Assembly: GCA_051382305.1 (NCBI GenBank)
Contig: JBBCAV010000329.1
Span: forward strand, 1 to 15,266
Direction of reading: 5' to 3'
Origin: Bdellovibrionota bacterium FG-2
Lineage (GTDB): Bacteria; Bdellovibrionota; UBA1018
DNA length: 15,266 nucleotides
Each line of letters begins with the position of its first letter. The first letter of the stretch is position 1. The notes below the pieces were generated by a model. The model saw only the letters and a list, made by a program, of their open reading frames with translations. It was not told where the DNA came from and did no database searches. The translations under genes and the position numbers were made by a program. Positions 1 to 8,239 of the stretch are shown in pieces.

Positions 1-1
1 C

Positions 2-289
2 GCGTCCAGGTATCTTTTGCTGAGACCCGGAATCTCATACACTCCCTTGGATCCGTTGCATTTGGGCGTGATGGTGGGACGAAAGGCGAGTTGGAACTAT
101 GCAGGCATTGAAACCGATTCTTTTTCCGTAGGCGGTTCCGTCGCCTTTGATATTCTCTCAAACCTAAACATCTATGCCGGCCTGGACACCAAGGGAAGCC
201 TGTTAAAACCCAATGGGCAAGATTTGAACTTCACCGTTGTGGATGGAAACACCTCTGAGGCCTCACTTGGCGTGACCTATAGTTTCTAG
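2..289 (+). CDS. C-terminal fragment of an outer-membrane beta-barrel protein (5' end outside window)
   Basis: Frame open from base 2 (ASRYLLLRPGISYTPLD...). Alternating amphipathic strands and C-terminal ASLGVTYSF ending in Phe, the usual BAM-substrate signature. TAG at 287-289. Confidence 0.75.
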   Translation, partial: ASRYLLLRPGISYTPLDPLHLGVMVGRKASWNYAGIETDSFSVGGSVAFDILSNLNIYAGLDTKGSLLKPNGQDLNFTVVDGNTSEASLGVTYSF

Positions 290-290
290 C

Positions 291-319
291 TACACAAAGG
301 CCCCTGAGTCAGGTATATT
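291..319 (+). promoter_or_regulatory. Putative sigma70 promoter of tRNA-Leu
   Basis: TACACA (291-296), 17 bp, TATATT (314-319), then a GC-rich discriminator-like GCCGG just upstream of the tRNA. Confidence 0.45.
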
Positions 320-328
320 GCCGGATGT

Positions 329-412
329 GCCCGGGTGGTGGAATTGGTAGACACACTCGTTTCAGGGGCGAGCGCCAAAAGCATGCTGGTTCGAGTCCAG
401 TCCCGGGCACCA
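329..412 (+). tRNA. tRNA-Leu, anticodon CAG
   Basis: Acceptor GCCCGGG/CCCGGGC, discriminator A, encoded CCA (410-412). D arm GTGG-AATTGGTAG-ACAC; anticodon stem CTCGT/GCGAG with loop TT-CAG-GG; long variable arm; T arm GCTGG-TTCGAGT-CCAGT. Confidence 0.97.
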
Positions 413-443
413 TTTTATATAATCAAAGAGGCTCCCATTAGCC

Positions 444-470
444 TAAACCCCTTCAAAATAAGACCGATTT
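444..470 (+). promoter_or_regulatory. Possible sigma28 (FliA)-type promoter
   Basis: TAAA (444-447)-N15-ACCGATTT (463-470) versus consensus TAAA-N15-GCCGATAA. A weaker second match TAAA-N15-AACGAAAA at 518-544. Confidence 0.3.
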
Positions 471-533
471 CGAAAAACTTCCTGTCGAAAATCAAAATGA
501 TTTCACAGAATCCTTTTTAAAGGGTCAGATTCC

Positions 534-713
534 ATGAACGAAAAAAAAAACAAAGCTAAGCTCCTAGAGATCAAAGAAGCGATGAAGAACTTCCCTAAGG
601 AAGTTCGCCGTCAAGAACGGGCTCATCGCGAGGACATGAAAGTTCAAAAAGCATTCGGGACATTGTCTCTAAAACCAGAAAAGTCAAATAAAAGCCCCCG
701 CCAGGGCTTCTGA
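534..713 (+). CDS. Small basic hypothetical protein, 59 aa (not in ORF track)
   Basis: ATG 534 to TGA 711-713: MNEKKNKAKLLEIKEAMKNFPKEVRRQERAHREDMKVQKAFGTLSLKPEKSNKSPRQGF. Fills the tRNA-regulator gap; only a weak SD (AAAGGG). Confidence 0.5.
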   Translation: MNEKKNKAKLLEIKEAMKNFPKEVRRQERAHREDMKVQKAFGTLSLKPEKSNKSPRQGF

Positions 714-731
714 AGGTATAACGGACAAACT

Positions 732-1493
732 ATGCCTCATGAAGCCGGAGCCAGAAATATTCAAGTGCTAGCGGTAGAGGACAACGCGGTCAACCAAATG
801 GTCATTGCGCGCATTCTGGAGAAGCTAGGTTGTTATGTCGAAGTGGCCGCGGATGGCATTCAAGCACTCAAAAGAGCACAGCTTGAGGGACGCTTTTGCG
901 AATTTGATCTCGTCTTCATGGATTGTCAGTTGCCTTTGATGGACGGGTATGAAGCGACACGGCAGCTGCGAGCTTTGGGCCGGGGCTGGGAGCGTGTTCC
1001 CATTGTTGCGCTCACTGCCCATGTCATCGCGGGAGAGCGTGAAAAATGCCTCGCGGCCGGCATGACTGATTATTTGCCAAAACCCTTTCAAAAGGACGAT
1101 TTGCAACGCATCATTCACAAATACACAAAGGAAAATGCTACGCAGGACATCCTCGAGTCTGTATTGCTACGCATAAAATCATTCACAGAAGTCATGGGCG
1201 AGGATTCCGCCCAAGAAATCCTAAAGGTGTTTATTTCTGAAACTCCTGCTAAGCTGGAAATATTAGAAACACTCCTGGTTGGAAAAGACTTTTTGGGGGC
1301 TGCGCGCATTGCGCACACTTTGAAGGGCAGTTTTGGAAATATCGGAGCAAAGGCGATCTCTTTGGCTTGCGATAAACTTGAGCACTTTCAGAGTGGGGAC
1401 GTTCAAGAGGCGCTAAGTTTATTGGGGGAGATCCAAGTCGGTTTTGGAATAATTAGGGAGAAGGCTCAAAATGGCTCAGATTCTAGTCGTTGA
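732..1493 (+). CDS. Response regulator receiver plus Hpt domain protein
   Basis: REC: VEDNAVNQ, FDLVFMDCQLPLMDG, PIVALTA, GMTDYLPKP. Hpt: AHTLKGSFGNIGA with the phospho-His. Confidence 0.92.
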   Translation: MPHEAGARNIQVLAVEDNAVNQMVIARILEKLGCYVEVAADGIQALKRAQLEGRFCEFDLVFMDCQLPLMDGYEATRQLRALGRGWERVPIVALTAHVIAGEREKCLAAGMTDYLPKPFQKDDLQRIIHKYTKENATQDILESVLLRIKSFTEVMGEDSAQEILKVFISETPAKLEILETLLVGKDFLGAARIAHTLKGSFGNIGAKAISLACDKLEHFQSGDVQEALSLLGEIQVGFGIIREKAQNGSDSSR

Positions 1494-2163
1494 AGATGCG
1501 CTGGACATTCAGAAAACGGTTCAAGGAACTCTCAGAGAGCACACAATTGTCCTAGCAGGTTCCCTTGCAGATGCAAAAACCCGTTTAAAAGGAACACATT
1601 TCGATTTGATGCTTTTGGATGTGACTCTTCCGGATGGCGATGGTTTTGAGTTTTTTTCTAAGCTGGATGAATTCACGGCAGAACGTGTCCCCGTGGTATT
1701 TCTGACTTCAAAAACGGACGTCACCGATAAAGTTTTAGGCTTCTCTATGGGAGCCGATGATTATATCACCAAGCCTTTTGAACCTCTGGAGCTCAAGGCA
1801 CGGGTCGAATCGCATCTTCGAAGGACCGAAGAGTCTCGCCAAAAGGAGACCGTAATTACATTGGGTGGCCTCACCGTAGATTTGCGTTCACAACGAGCAA
1901 CGATGAAAACAGGAAACAAAGACGTCAGCATGGATCTCACCCCCGTTGAGTTTCGCCTTTTGCTCTTTTTTTGTAAGCGCGTCGATCAGGTTATCAGTCG
2001 TGAACAAGTTTTGGCTGCCGTGTGGGGACACGAAATCCACGTTTCGGATCGCGTCGTCGACACACATGTAAGTCACCTTCGCAAAAAGCTCCTCGGTGGA
2101 AGCTGTGCGGTCGAACCCGTGTATGGGATGGGATATCGATTCGTCATGAATGAACGACCGTGA
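1471..2163 (+). CDS. OmpR/PhoB-family DNA-binding response regulator
   Basis: ILVVED, LLDVTLPDGDG, GADDYITKPF; winged helix LTPVEFRLL...SREQVL..VWG...RVVDTHVSHLRKKL...VYGMGYRF. Overlaps the upstream gene by 23 bp. Confidence 0.95.
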   Translation: MAQILVVEDALDIQKTVQGTLREHTIVLAGSLADAKTRLKGTHFDLMLLDVTLPDGDGFEFFSKLDEFTAERVPVVFLTSKTDVTDKVLGFSMGADDYITKPFEPLELKARVESHLRRTEESRQKETVITLGGLTVDLRSQRATMKTGNKDVSMDLTPVEFRLLLFFCKRVDQVISREQVLAAVWGHEIHVSDRVVDTHVSHLRKKLLGGSCAVEPVYGMGYRFVMNERP

Positions 2164-2172
2164 ATTGCCCGC

Positions 2173-3087
2173 CTACCACTTCCCGGAAACACCGAACAGA
2201 ACTTGGAAAGCAAGGGACTTGTCCGTAAAAGTGACTTCCTCACGCGTTGTATCTCGCATATAGACGACAAAGTTCGGTGAGGCAAAAACCGCGAAGTTTT
2301 TTGAAATATCGTAGGTGAGATCTAAATAGGTCTTGGATTGAAATGACAGATCTCCCGTCACGGTCTTATAATTATCCGTGCAGGACTCTGTCCAATATCC
2401 ACCTTCTTCATAACCATATTCGTCGATATAACTATCGACATAAACACTATCGCAAGTCGTATCGACGTAGCGACTGCTATCCACTGATTCCACCATATCC
2501 AACTTCTCGCCGAAGACGATTCGGAAATATTTTGCGATTACCGCGCCGACCTCAAACTGACCGCCCATGCCGACGCCCGATTTGATTTCGTTAGCGACTT
2601 TGTGAAACCCGATAGCCATCATATCAATCGACCCGTTTAGGAAGAATTTGAAATTTTGAAAAACATCTTTACTGAAGTTTCCAAGAACTCCCAAAACAGT
2701 CACTCGCATCATCAGGTTATTTCCCATCGGAATATTGCGCGGAATATCCAAGCCACCCAGGGTAAAAAACGCTCCACCGTTTTGATTCACGACCCCCTCT
2801 GCAAGAGTTTCGAAGTGAATGTCGACGTCATCAGCGAAATGGCCTCCATCGAGAAAACTGGTTGCGCCTTTGAAACGAGCTCAAACCAACGAACCGCCGA
2901 ACGGAACCAGACCCGGAAATTCGACTTTCAGGAGTGCTTCAACAGGAGCATCGCCCCCTATAGCTGCGGCACCGACACCCACTTCAATCAGGGGGGCATC
3001 CTCCATGGGGACCTCATCAAAGAAGGCCTGTGCTGGGAAAACTCCAAATAGCGAACTAATGATCAGAGATAAAAATATGCGTTTCAC
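2173..3087 (-). pseudogene. Outer-membrane beta-barrel-like protein (304 codons) interrupted by an in-frame TGA at 2881-2883
   Basis: SD AAGGAG plus GTG at 3087; signal peptide MKRIFLSLIISSLFGVFPAQA. The two track ORFs share a frame and are joined by an open 30-codon stretch (GGSLV*ARFKGATSFLDGGHFADDVDIHFETLAEGVVNQNG). C-terminus LAFQVLFGVSGKW ends in an aromatic residue. Confidence 0.75.
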
Positions 3088-3144
3088 GATCGGTACTCCT
3101 TCTGGGGACTCTTGGGGGTTTATGGAATTCTTTTGGCCGGTATC

Positions 3145-3160
3145 AGCAATAGGTGTGCCT
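3145..3160 (-). promoter_or_regulatory. sigma54 (-24/-12) promoter of the OMP gene
   Basis: Minus strand AGGCAC-ACCTA-TTGCT, matching TGGCAC-N5-TTGCW with GG-N10-GC spacing, about 60 bp upstream of the GTG. Confidence 0.7.
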
Positions 3161-3247
3161 GCGTCAAATCGAATATAGGCGAGCTGACGCAATGAGACGG
3201 GGCCAAATGGGGGCCTTAGGGTCGGGTTGATACCGGGATAGGTAATA

Positions 3248-3275
3248 GAAACTAGAGCCGTATTTCTCGAGTTTC
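3248..3275. promoter_or_regulatory. Palindrome, candidate enhancer for the sigma54 promoter at 3145-3160
   Basis: GAAACTAGAG-N8-CTCGAGTTTC (9/10 inverted repeat), about 90-115 bp upstream of the -24 element. Confidence 0.3.
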
Positions 3276-3280
3276 CCAAA

Positions 3281-3375
3281 GAGGGAAGCTGGAAGCCTCA
3301 ACCCCTCCCCCTTAACGCCTCCGGCTTCCTCATTGCGGAAACTCGCGGACACTCCGTACTCCGCGAGCACGCAAT
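3281..3375. repeat. Cluster of GC-rich palindromes (REP-like)
   Basis: GGAAGCTGGAAGC...GCCTCCGGCTTCC imperfect stem within 3281-3331, and nested ATTGCG-GAAA-CTCGCGGA...TCCGCGAG-CA-CGCAAT (3332-3375). Confidence 0.45.
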
Positions 3376-3411
3376 AAAAAACCGGCGCCCCCCACTCAAG
3401 AGAGACGCCGG
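3376..3411 (-). terminator. Rho-independent terminator of fadBA
   Basis: Minus strand CCGGCGTCTCTC-TTGAGT-GGGGGGCGCCGG-TTTTTT: 12-bp stem whose G-U pairs form only on this strand, followed by U6. Confidence 0.85.
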
Positions 3412-3448
3412 AACCAATTCTGCAAAACGACTAAACTAGCGAAACGCT

Positions 3449-4624
<1,176 letters not shown>

Positions 4625-4639
4625 CTATTTCTTAATTAC

Positions 4640-6790
4640 TTAGTAAAAACCTTTGCCGGTTTGAGCCTGGGTACGAATTTGCGCCGTGGGTTCATAGAGT
4701 TTGCCAAGAGAGGTGTACTTCTCCGCCGTCTGGCAAATCACTTTAGCCGTCACCGCATCCGCGTACCGCATAGCCCCTCCTCGGAACGGAGGGAAACCCA
4801 AGCCATAAACCAAGCCCAAATCGACTTCGACGGGCGACTCGACGATCTTATCTTCCAAGCAACGTGAGCACTCGAAGATCATCGGGAGCATGATACGATC
4901 AATGATCTCTTGATCCGTAATCGTTGCGCCCAGATCTTTTTGAACGAGAGGTTTAAGCATCGTGTAAACGGCTGGATCAGCTTCTTTTTTCGGACGGCCC
5001 TTTTTATCAGGCGTGTACGAATAAAAACCCTTGCCGTTTTTCTGACCAAAGCGATTGTTTGCAAACATCACTTCGATTGCGGTTTGGCCGGTCTGCGACA
5101 TCCGATCAGGGAACTCTTTGGCCATCACTGCATCTGCATGATGGGCGGTATCGATCCCGACGACATCGAGCAAGTAGGCAGGACCCATAGGCCAGCCGAA
5201 CTTCTCCATCACCTTGTCGATCTTCACGAAGTCCACGCCATCGGCTAGGAGTTTCATGAAGCCTGCGAAGTAGGGGAACAACACGCGATTGACCAAGAAA
5301 CCTGCGCAATCATTGACCACGATCGGGGTCTTGCCCATGGCAAGTGCGTAACCCACAGTCGTTGCCACTGCTTTTTCGCTGCTCTTTGCACCACGAATGA
5401 CTTCAACTAAAGGCATGCGGTGAACGGGGTTGAAAAAGTGCATTCCGCAAAAGTTCTCAGGACGCTTCAAGCCTTCGGCTAGACGCGTGATTGAGATCGT
5501 CGAAGTGTTGCTCGTGATAATGGTGTCGTCTTTCATCTGGCCTTCGAGTTCGGCCAAGACTTTCTTCTTCACGCCTTCATTTTCTACAACCGCTTCGACA
5601 ACAAAATCCACGTGTCCGAAATCGCCGTAGGAGAGGGTCGAACGAATTTTACCGAGGACTTCACCCATCTGTGCAGGCGTCATCTTCTTTTTTTTGACTT
5701 GTTTATCAAGGATCTTCGACGCTTCATTAAATCCTAAATCCAGGGCTTTTGACGCAATATCCTTCATATAAATCGGAATCCCTTTAGACGCCGACTGATA
5801 AGCCACGCCGCCACCCATGATCCCAGCACCCAAGACGGATGCGGTGGTCACAGGACGACCGGCTTTAGATAATTTCTTGCCAGACTTCTTGATATATTGA
5901 TCAGCCAAGAAAATACTCACGAGCGAATGCGCCGTGGGTGTCTTTGCGATCTTCGCAAAGGTTGCGGCTTCAATAGCTAAAGCTTCGTCACGAGATTTCC
6001 CCGCGCCTTTTTGCATGACTTCAATAGCGGCAACAGGAGATGGGTAATTCGGGCCGGCTTTGGCGCCTACAAATCCTTTGGCGATTTCGAACACCATGGT
6101 GGATTCAAGCGGATTGAGTTTAAGTGGAGACGTCTTTTCGGTGCGACGTGCTTTCCAATCCAATTTTCCGTCCATGGCCGTTTTCAATAAATCAATCGCG
6201 ACTTCGCGAAGTTTCGCAGGAGCAGCGATGGAGTCGATTGCGCGAATTTTTAGCGCGCTTTCGGCATCATATTGTTCGCCACCACAGATCCATTCAATCG
6301 CATTGTCGGCACCTGAGAGGCGAGAGAGTCTGACGGTCCCCCCCCAGCCCGGGAAAATTCCGAGCTTTACTTCGGGCAAACCAATTTTTGTATTAGCTGC
6401 CATCACGCGATAACTCGTTGAGAGCGAGAATTCCATCCCGCCACCGAGTGCCACACCATTGATGGCGGTTACGGTTGGGTAATCTAAATCTTCAATGTCT
6501 GAAAAAAGCTGATCCACCCACTTGAGCCAGCCGACAAGTTCAGTTTCAGATTTCTTGAAGTGATCCAAAAATTCCATCACATCTGCTCCCACAACGAAGC
6601 AGTCCTTGGCGCTCGTGACTAAGAGCCCGCGGATGGATTTATCGGCCTTGATCTGGTCGACCGCTTCACGCAATTCTTTAAGCGTGAGCGTATTGAACTT
6701 ATTGACGGAATCGTCTTTCAAGTCGAACTTGAGTTCAGCGATGCCTCCGTCGAGCATTGAACACTGAATGGCTTTGCCTTCGTATTTCAT
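4640..6790 (-). CDS. fadB: Fatty acid oxidation complex alpha subunit FadB (enoyl-CoA hydratase/3-hydroxyacyl-CoA dehydrogenase), 716 aa
   Basis: Start reassigned to ATG 6790 ([17 protein letters not shown]...SVNKFN). Crotonase motifs GGGMEF and [15 protein letters not shown]; Rossmann [43 protein letters not shown]. Confidence 0.96.
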   Translation of the reverse strand: MKYEGKAIQCSMLDGGIAELKFDLKDDSVNKFNTLTLKELREAVDQIKADKSIRGLLVTSAKDCFVVGADVMEFLDHFKKSETELVGWLKWVDQLFSDIEDLDYPTVTAINGVALGGGMEFSLSTSYRVMAANTKIGLPEVKLGIFPGWGGTVRLSRLSGADNAIEWICGGEQYDAESALKIRAIDSIAAPAKLREVAIDLLKTAMDGKLDWKARRTEKTSPLKLNPLESTMVFEIAKGFVGAKAGPNYPSPVAAIEVMQKGAGKSRDEALAIEAATFAKIAKTPTAHSLVSIFLADQYIKKSGKKLSKAGRPVTTASVLGAGIMGGGVAYQSASKGIPIYMKDIASKALDLGFNEASKILDKQVKKKKMTPAQMGEVLGKIRSTLSYGDFGHVDFVVEAVVENEGVKKKVLAELEGQMKDDTIITSNTSTISITRLAEGLKRPENFCGMHFFNPVHRMPLVEVIRGAKSSEKAVATTVGYALAMGKTPIVVNDCAGFLVNRVLFPYFAGFMKLLADGVDFVKIDKVMEKFGWPMGPAYLLDVVGIDTAHHADAVMAKEFPDRMSQTGQTAIEVMFANNRFGQKNGKGFYSYTPDKKGRPKKEADPAVYTMLKPLVQKDLGATITDQEIIDRIMLPMIFECSRCLEDKIVESPVEVDLGLVYGLGFPPFRGGAMRYADAVTAKVICQTAEKYTSLGKLYEPTAQIRTQAQTGKGFY

Positions 6791-6899
6791 ACCCGTGACT
6801 CCTGTGTAGATAAAAAGTTGAAATGCAGAGAAAAGGGTAAACGAAGTTTCGGGTGAAAGCGACTCATAAGAAGAAAATCTGATGCCGTTTTGCGTTAAC

Positions 6900-6930
6900 G
6901 GTTCCGATCTGGAACCAGTCAGAATACAAT
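6900..6930 (+). promoter_or_regulatory. Putative sigma70 promoter with overlapping palindrome in the fadB divergent region
   Basis: TTCCGA (6902-6907), 17 bp, TACAAT (6925-6930), 7 nt before ATG 6938. Palindrome GGTTCC-GATCT-GGAACC at 6900-6916. Confidence 0.35.
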
Positions 6931-6937
6931 GCACATT

Positions 6938-7879
6938 ATGACAAAAACGTTCTCAATACTGTTGTTTGTATTTTCCGTGTGCGCCCAAGCTTCGAATACT
7001 CCCCCTCGGGTATCCCCACCCTCTTCACCTCAACCCTCTGGATCAACACTCAAGCTAGATGCGGCCCTGGGTAGGGTCGTAAACCAGTGCAAATTCGTTT
7101 CCGGCAAACGTCACATTTGGCTATTCAAACAATGGCACCTCGCGCCAGCCGTAGATACCCATAATTTAGCCAAAGCTATTGAACTCCCGCAGCAAGAAAA
7201 TCAGCGCGCGATTTTTCGACAACTCGATCACTGGGTTAAAGACAAGCAAATGCCGATGATCATTGGCGAGGGGTGTTCAGGTGAAATCTTAGAATCGACG
7301 CCCATGGTCTTCAATGGCTGGGGCGCTCCCGAACTTCGAAAAAATGCGATGCTGCCGCAGTACGATGACATTACCACGCATATTCCGCTGAAGCTTGAGG
7401 TCAAGTATGGGAGTCGTGTGCTCACACTCTGCGGTGATGACGATGTATTGATAAAGGAAACGAGTTTGGCTTTTTCAGACGCGCGCGGTTCGGCTGGATT
7501 CTTGGGCCGACTCGTACAACACCGCATGGATCCTGTGAAATCTAAACTCTACCTCGACGGCGTAATGGAAGCGTTCAAACTCCCACCTGCGACCACGATC
7601 GAAGACGCAGTCGAATTTTTGAAAAGCGATCTGCGAAGAACTATTGAACGAATTAGAAAGTTATTGGACAAGCGAAATCGTAAGGTGATCGAGACATTGA
7701 AAAAAAAGGAAACGCCCGAGGCCGCAATCGTGTTCGGCGGCCTTCACGCTGGCGGAATCAAGACCTTGCTTGAAGAAACCGGGTTCAACTGTACGATGGT
7801 CGAACCCGCAGGTTACCCTGGGGGATCGGGTGGAGACGAAGAATCGCTGTTGACGAGGCTTGATCAGATTTTAAAGTAG
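6938..7879 (+). CDS. Secreted protein, probably TraB/GumN-TIKI/ChaN/EreA-like superfamily
   Basis: Signal peptide [18 protein letters not shown] and Pro/Ser linker. Motifs in superfamily order: [48 protein letters not shown] is secure; the family call is tentative. Confidence 0.7.
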   Translation: MTKTFSILLFVFSVCAQASNTPPRVSPPSSPQPSGSTLKLDAALGRVVNQCKFVSGKRHIWLFKQWHLAPAVDTHNLAKAIELPQQENQRAIFRQLDHWVKDKQMPMIIGEGCSGEILESTPMVFNGWGAPELRKNAMLPQYDDITTHIPLKLEVKYGSRVLTLCGDDDVLIKETSLAFSDARGSAGFLGRLVQHRMDPVKSKLYLDGVMEAFKLPPATTIEDAVEFLKSDLRRTIERIRKLLDKRNRKVIETLKKKETPEAAIVFGGLHAGGIKTLLEETGFNCTMVEPAGYPGGSGGDEESLLTRLDQILK

Positions 7880-7957
7880 AGTTTCGACCGTCAAACCATT
7901 GGCGTATATTCGGCATATTGTCCTAGATGCGGACTACATTTCAGGAATTTTTGAAAA

Positions 7958-8171
7958 CCAAATCAAGCAGCTCTCCTCGTGAGAGTCCTTGGTTAAAGCT
8001 GTACCGAGACACCCCTCGCAAAGACGATAAGTAGCCAGGTTTTTGCCTTAAGTTTTTCTAGTGCGATCCGATGAACAAAATAGTTGGTTGGACTATTATC
8101 TTTCATAGGCATCACCTCCTTTCCTAGTAAGAAGGGAGGTGGTTCCATCCACTCTGCTTGATTTGGCAGAG
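7958..8171. ncRNA. Structured RNA element closed by a perfect 13-bp inverted repeat (type I TA-like mRNA or sRNA)
   Basis: CCAAATCAAGCAG (7958-7970) is the exact reverse complement of CTGCTTGATTTGG (8154-8166). Internal hairpins include CTCTC/GAGAG (7971-7985), ATCACCTCCTTTC/GAAGGGAGGTGGT (8111-8143) and an alternative CTCTGC/GCAGAG (8152-8171). Confidence 0.5.
7993..8106 (-). CDS. 37-aa peptide with very long, hairpin-sequestered SD (candidate type I toxin-like peptide)
   Basis: GAAAGGAGGTGAT-GCCT-ATG, then MKDNSPTNYFVHRIALEKLKAKTWLLIVFARGVSVQL and TAA at 7993-7995. Confidence 0.5.
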   Translation of the reverse strand: MKDNSPTNYFVHRIALEKLKAKTWLLIVFARGVSVQL

Positions 8172-8174
8172 GAC

Positions 8175-8195
8175 CGCAAAGCAAGGGCCATGCCC
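8175..8195 (-). promoter_or_regulatory. sigma54 promoter (two overlapping GG-N10-GC matches) upstream of the structured element
   Basis: Minus strand GGGCAT-GGCCC-TTGCT (8180-8195) and TGGCCC-TTGCT-TTGCG (8175-8190). Predicted +1 falls at the start of the inverted-repeat arm. Confidence 0.55.
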
Positions 8196-8239
8196 TAGAG
8201 CCAATTCAGGCGCTTTGCATTCGGGCAGCAAATTGCAAT

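Noticed and set aside
335-520. 61-aa ORF MVELVDTLVSGAS...
   Set aside because: Translation of the tRNA-Leu gene, a well-known spurious ORF type.
413-530. AT-rich tract after the tRNA as an island attachment site
   Set aside because: No integrase and no duplicated tRNA 3' end seen in the window.
2840-2883. Selenocysteine at the TGA of the OMP gene
   Set aside because: No convincing SECIS-like hairpin directly downstream and no redox motif; the context is a beta-strand of an exported protein.
3088-3370. Track ORFs 3164..3370 and the 5' extension of 2881..3279
   Set aside because: They run across a promoter and palindromic repeats; the supported start is GTG 3087.
6791-6934. 48-aa N-terminal extension of FadB in the ORF track
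   Set aside because: Homology and SD point to ATG 6790; the extension covers the divergent promoter region.
8105-8130. 16S rRNA fragment (ATCACCTCCTTTC)
   Set aside because: Only the 13-nt tail matches and helix 45 sequence is absent; it is the complement of a strong SD.
8150-8200. c-di-GMP-I riboswitch suggested by GGACCGCAAAGC
   Set aside because: Lacks the upstream GGCAAAC element and GNRA-capped P2; the sequence is better explained by the sigma54 promoter on the other strand.
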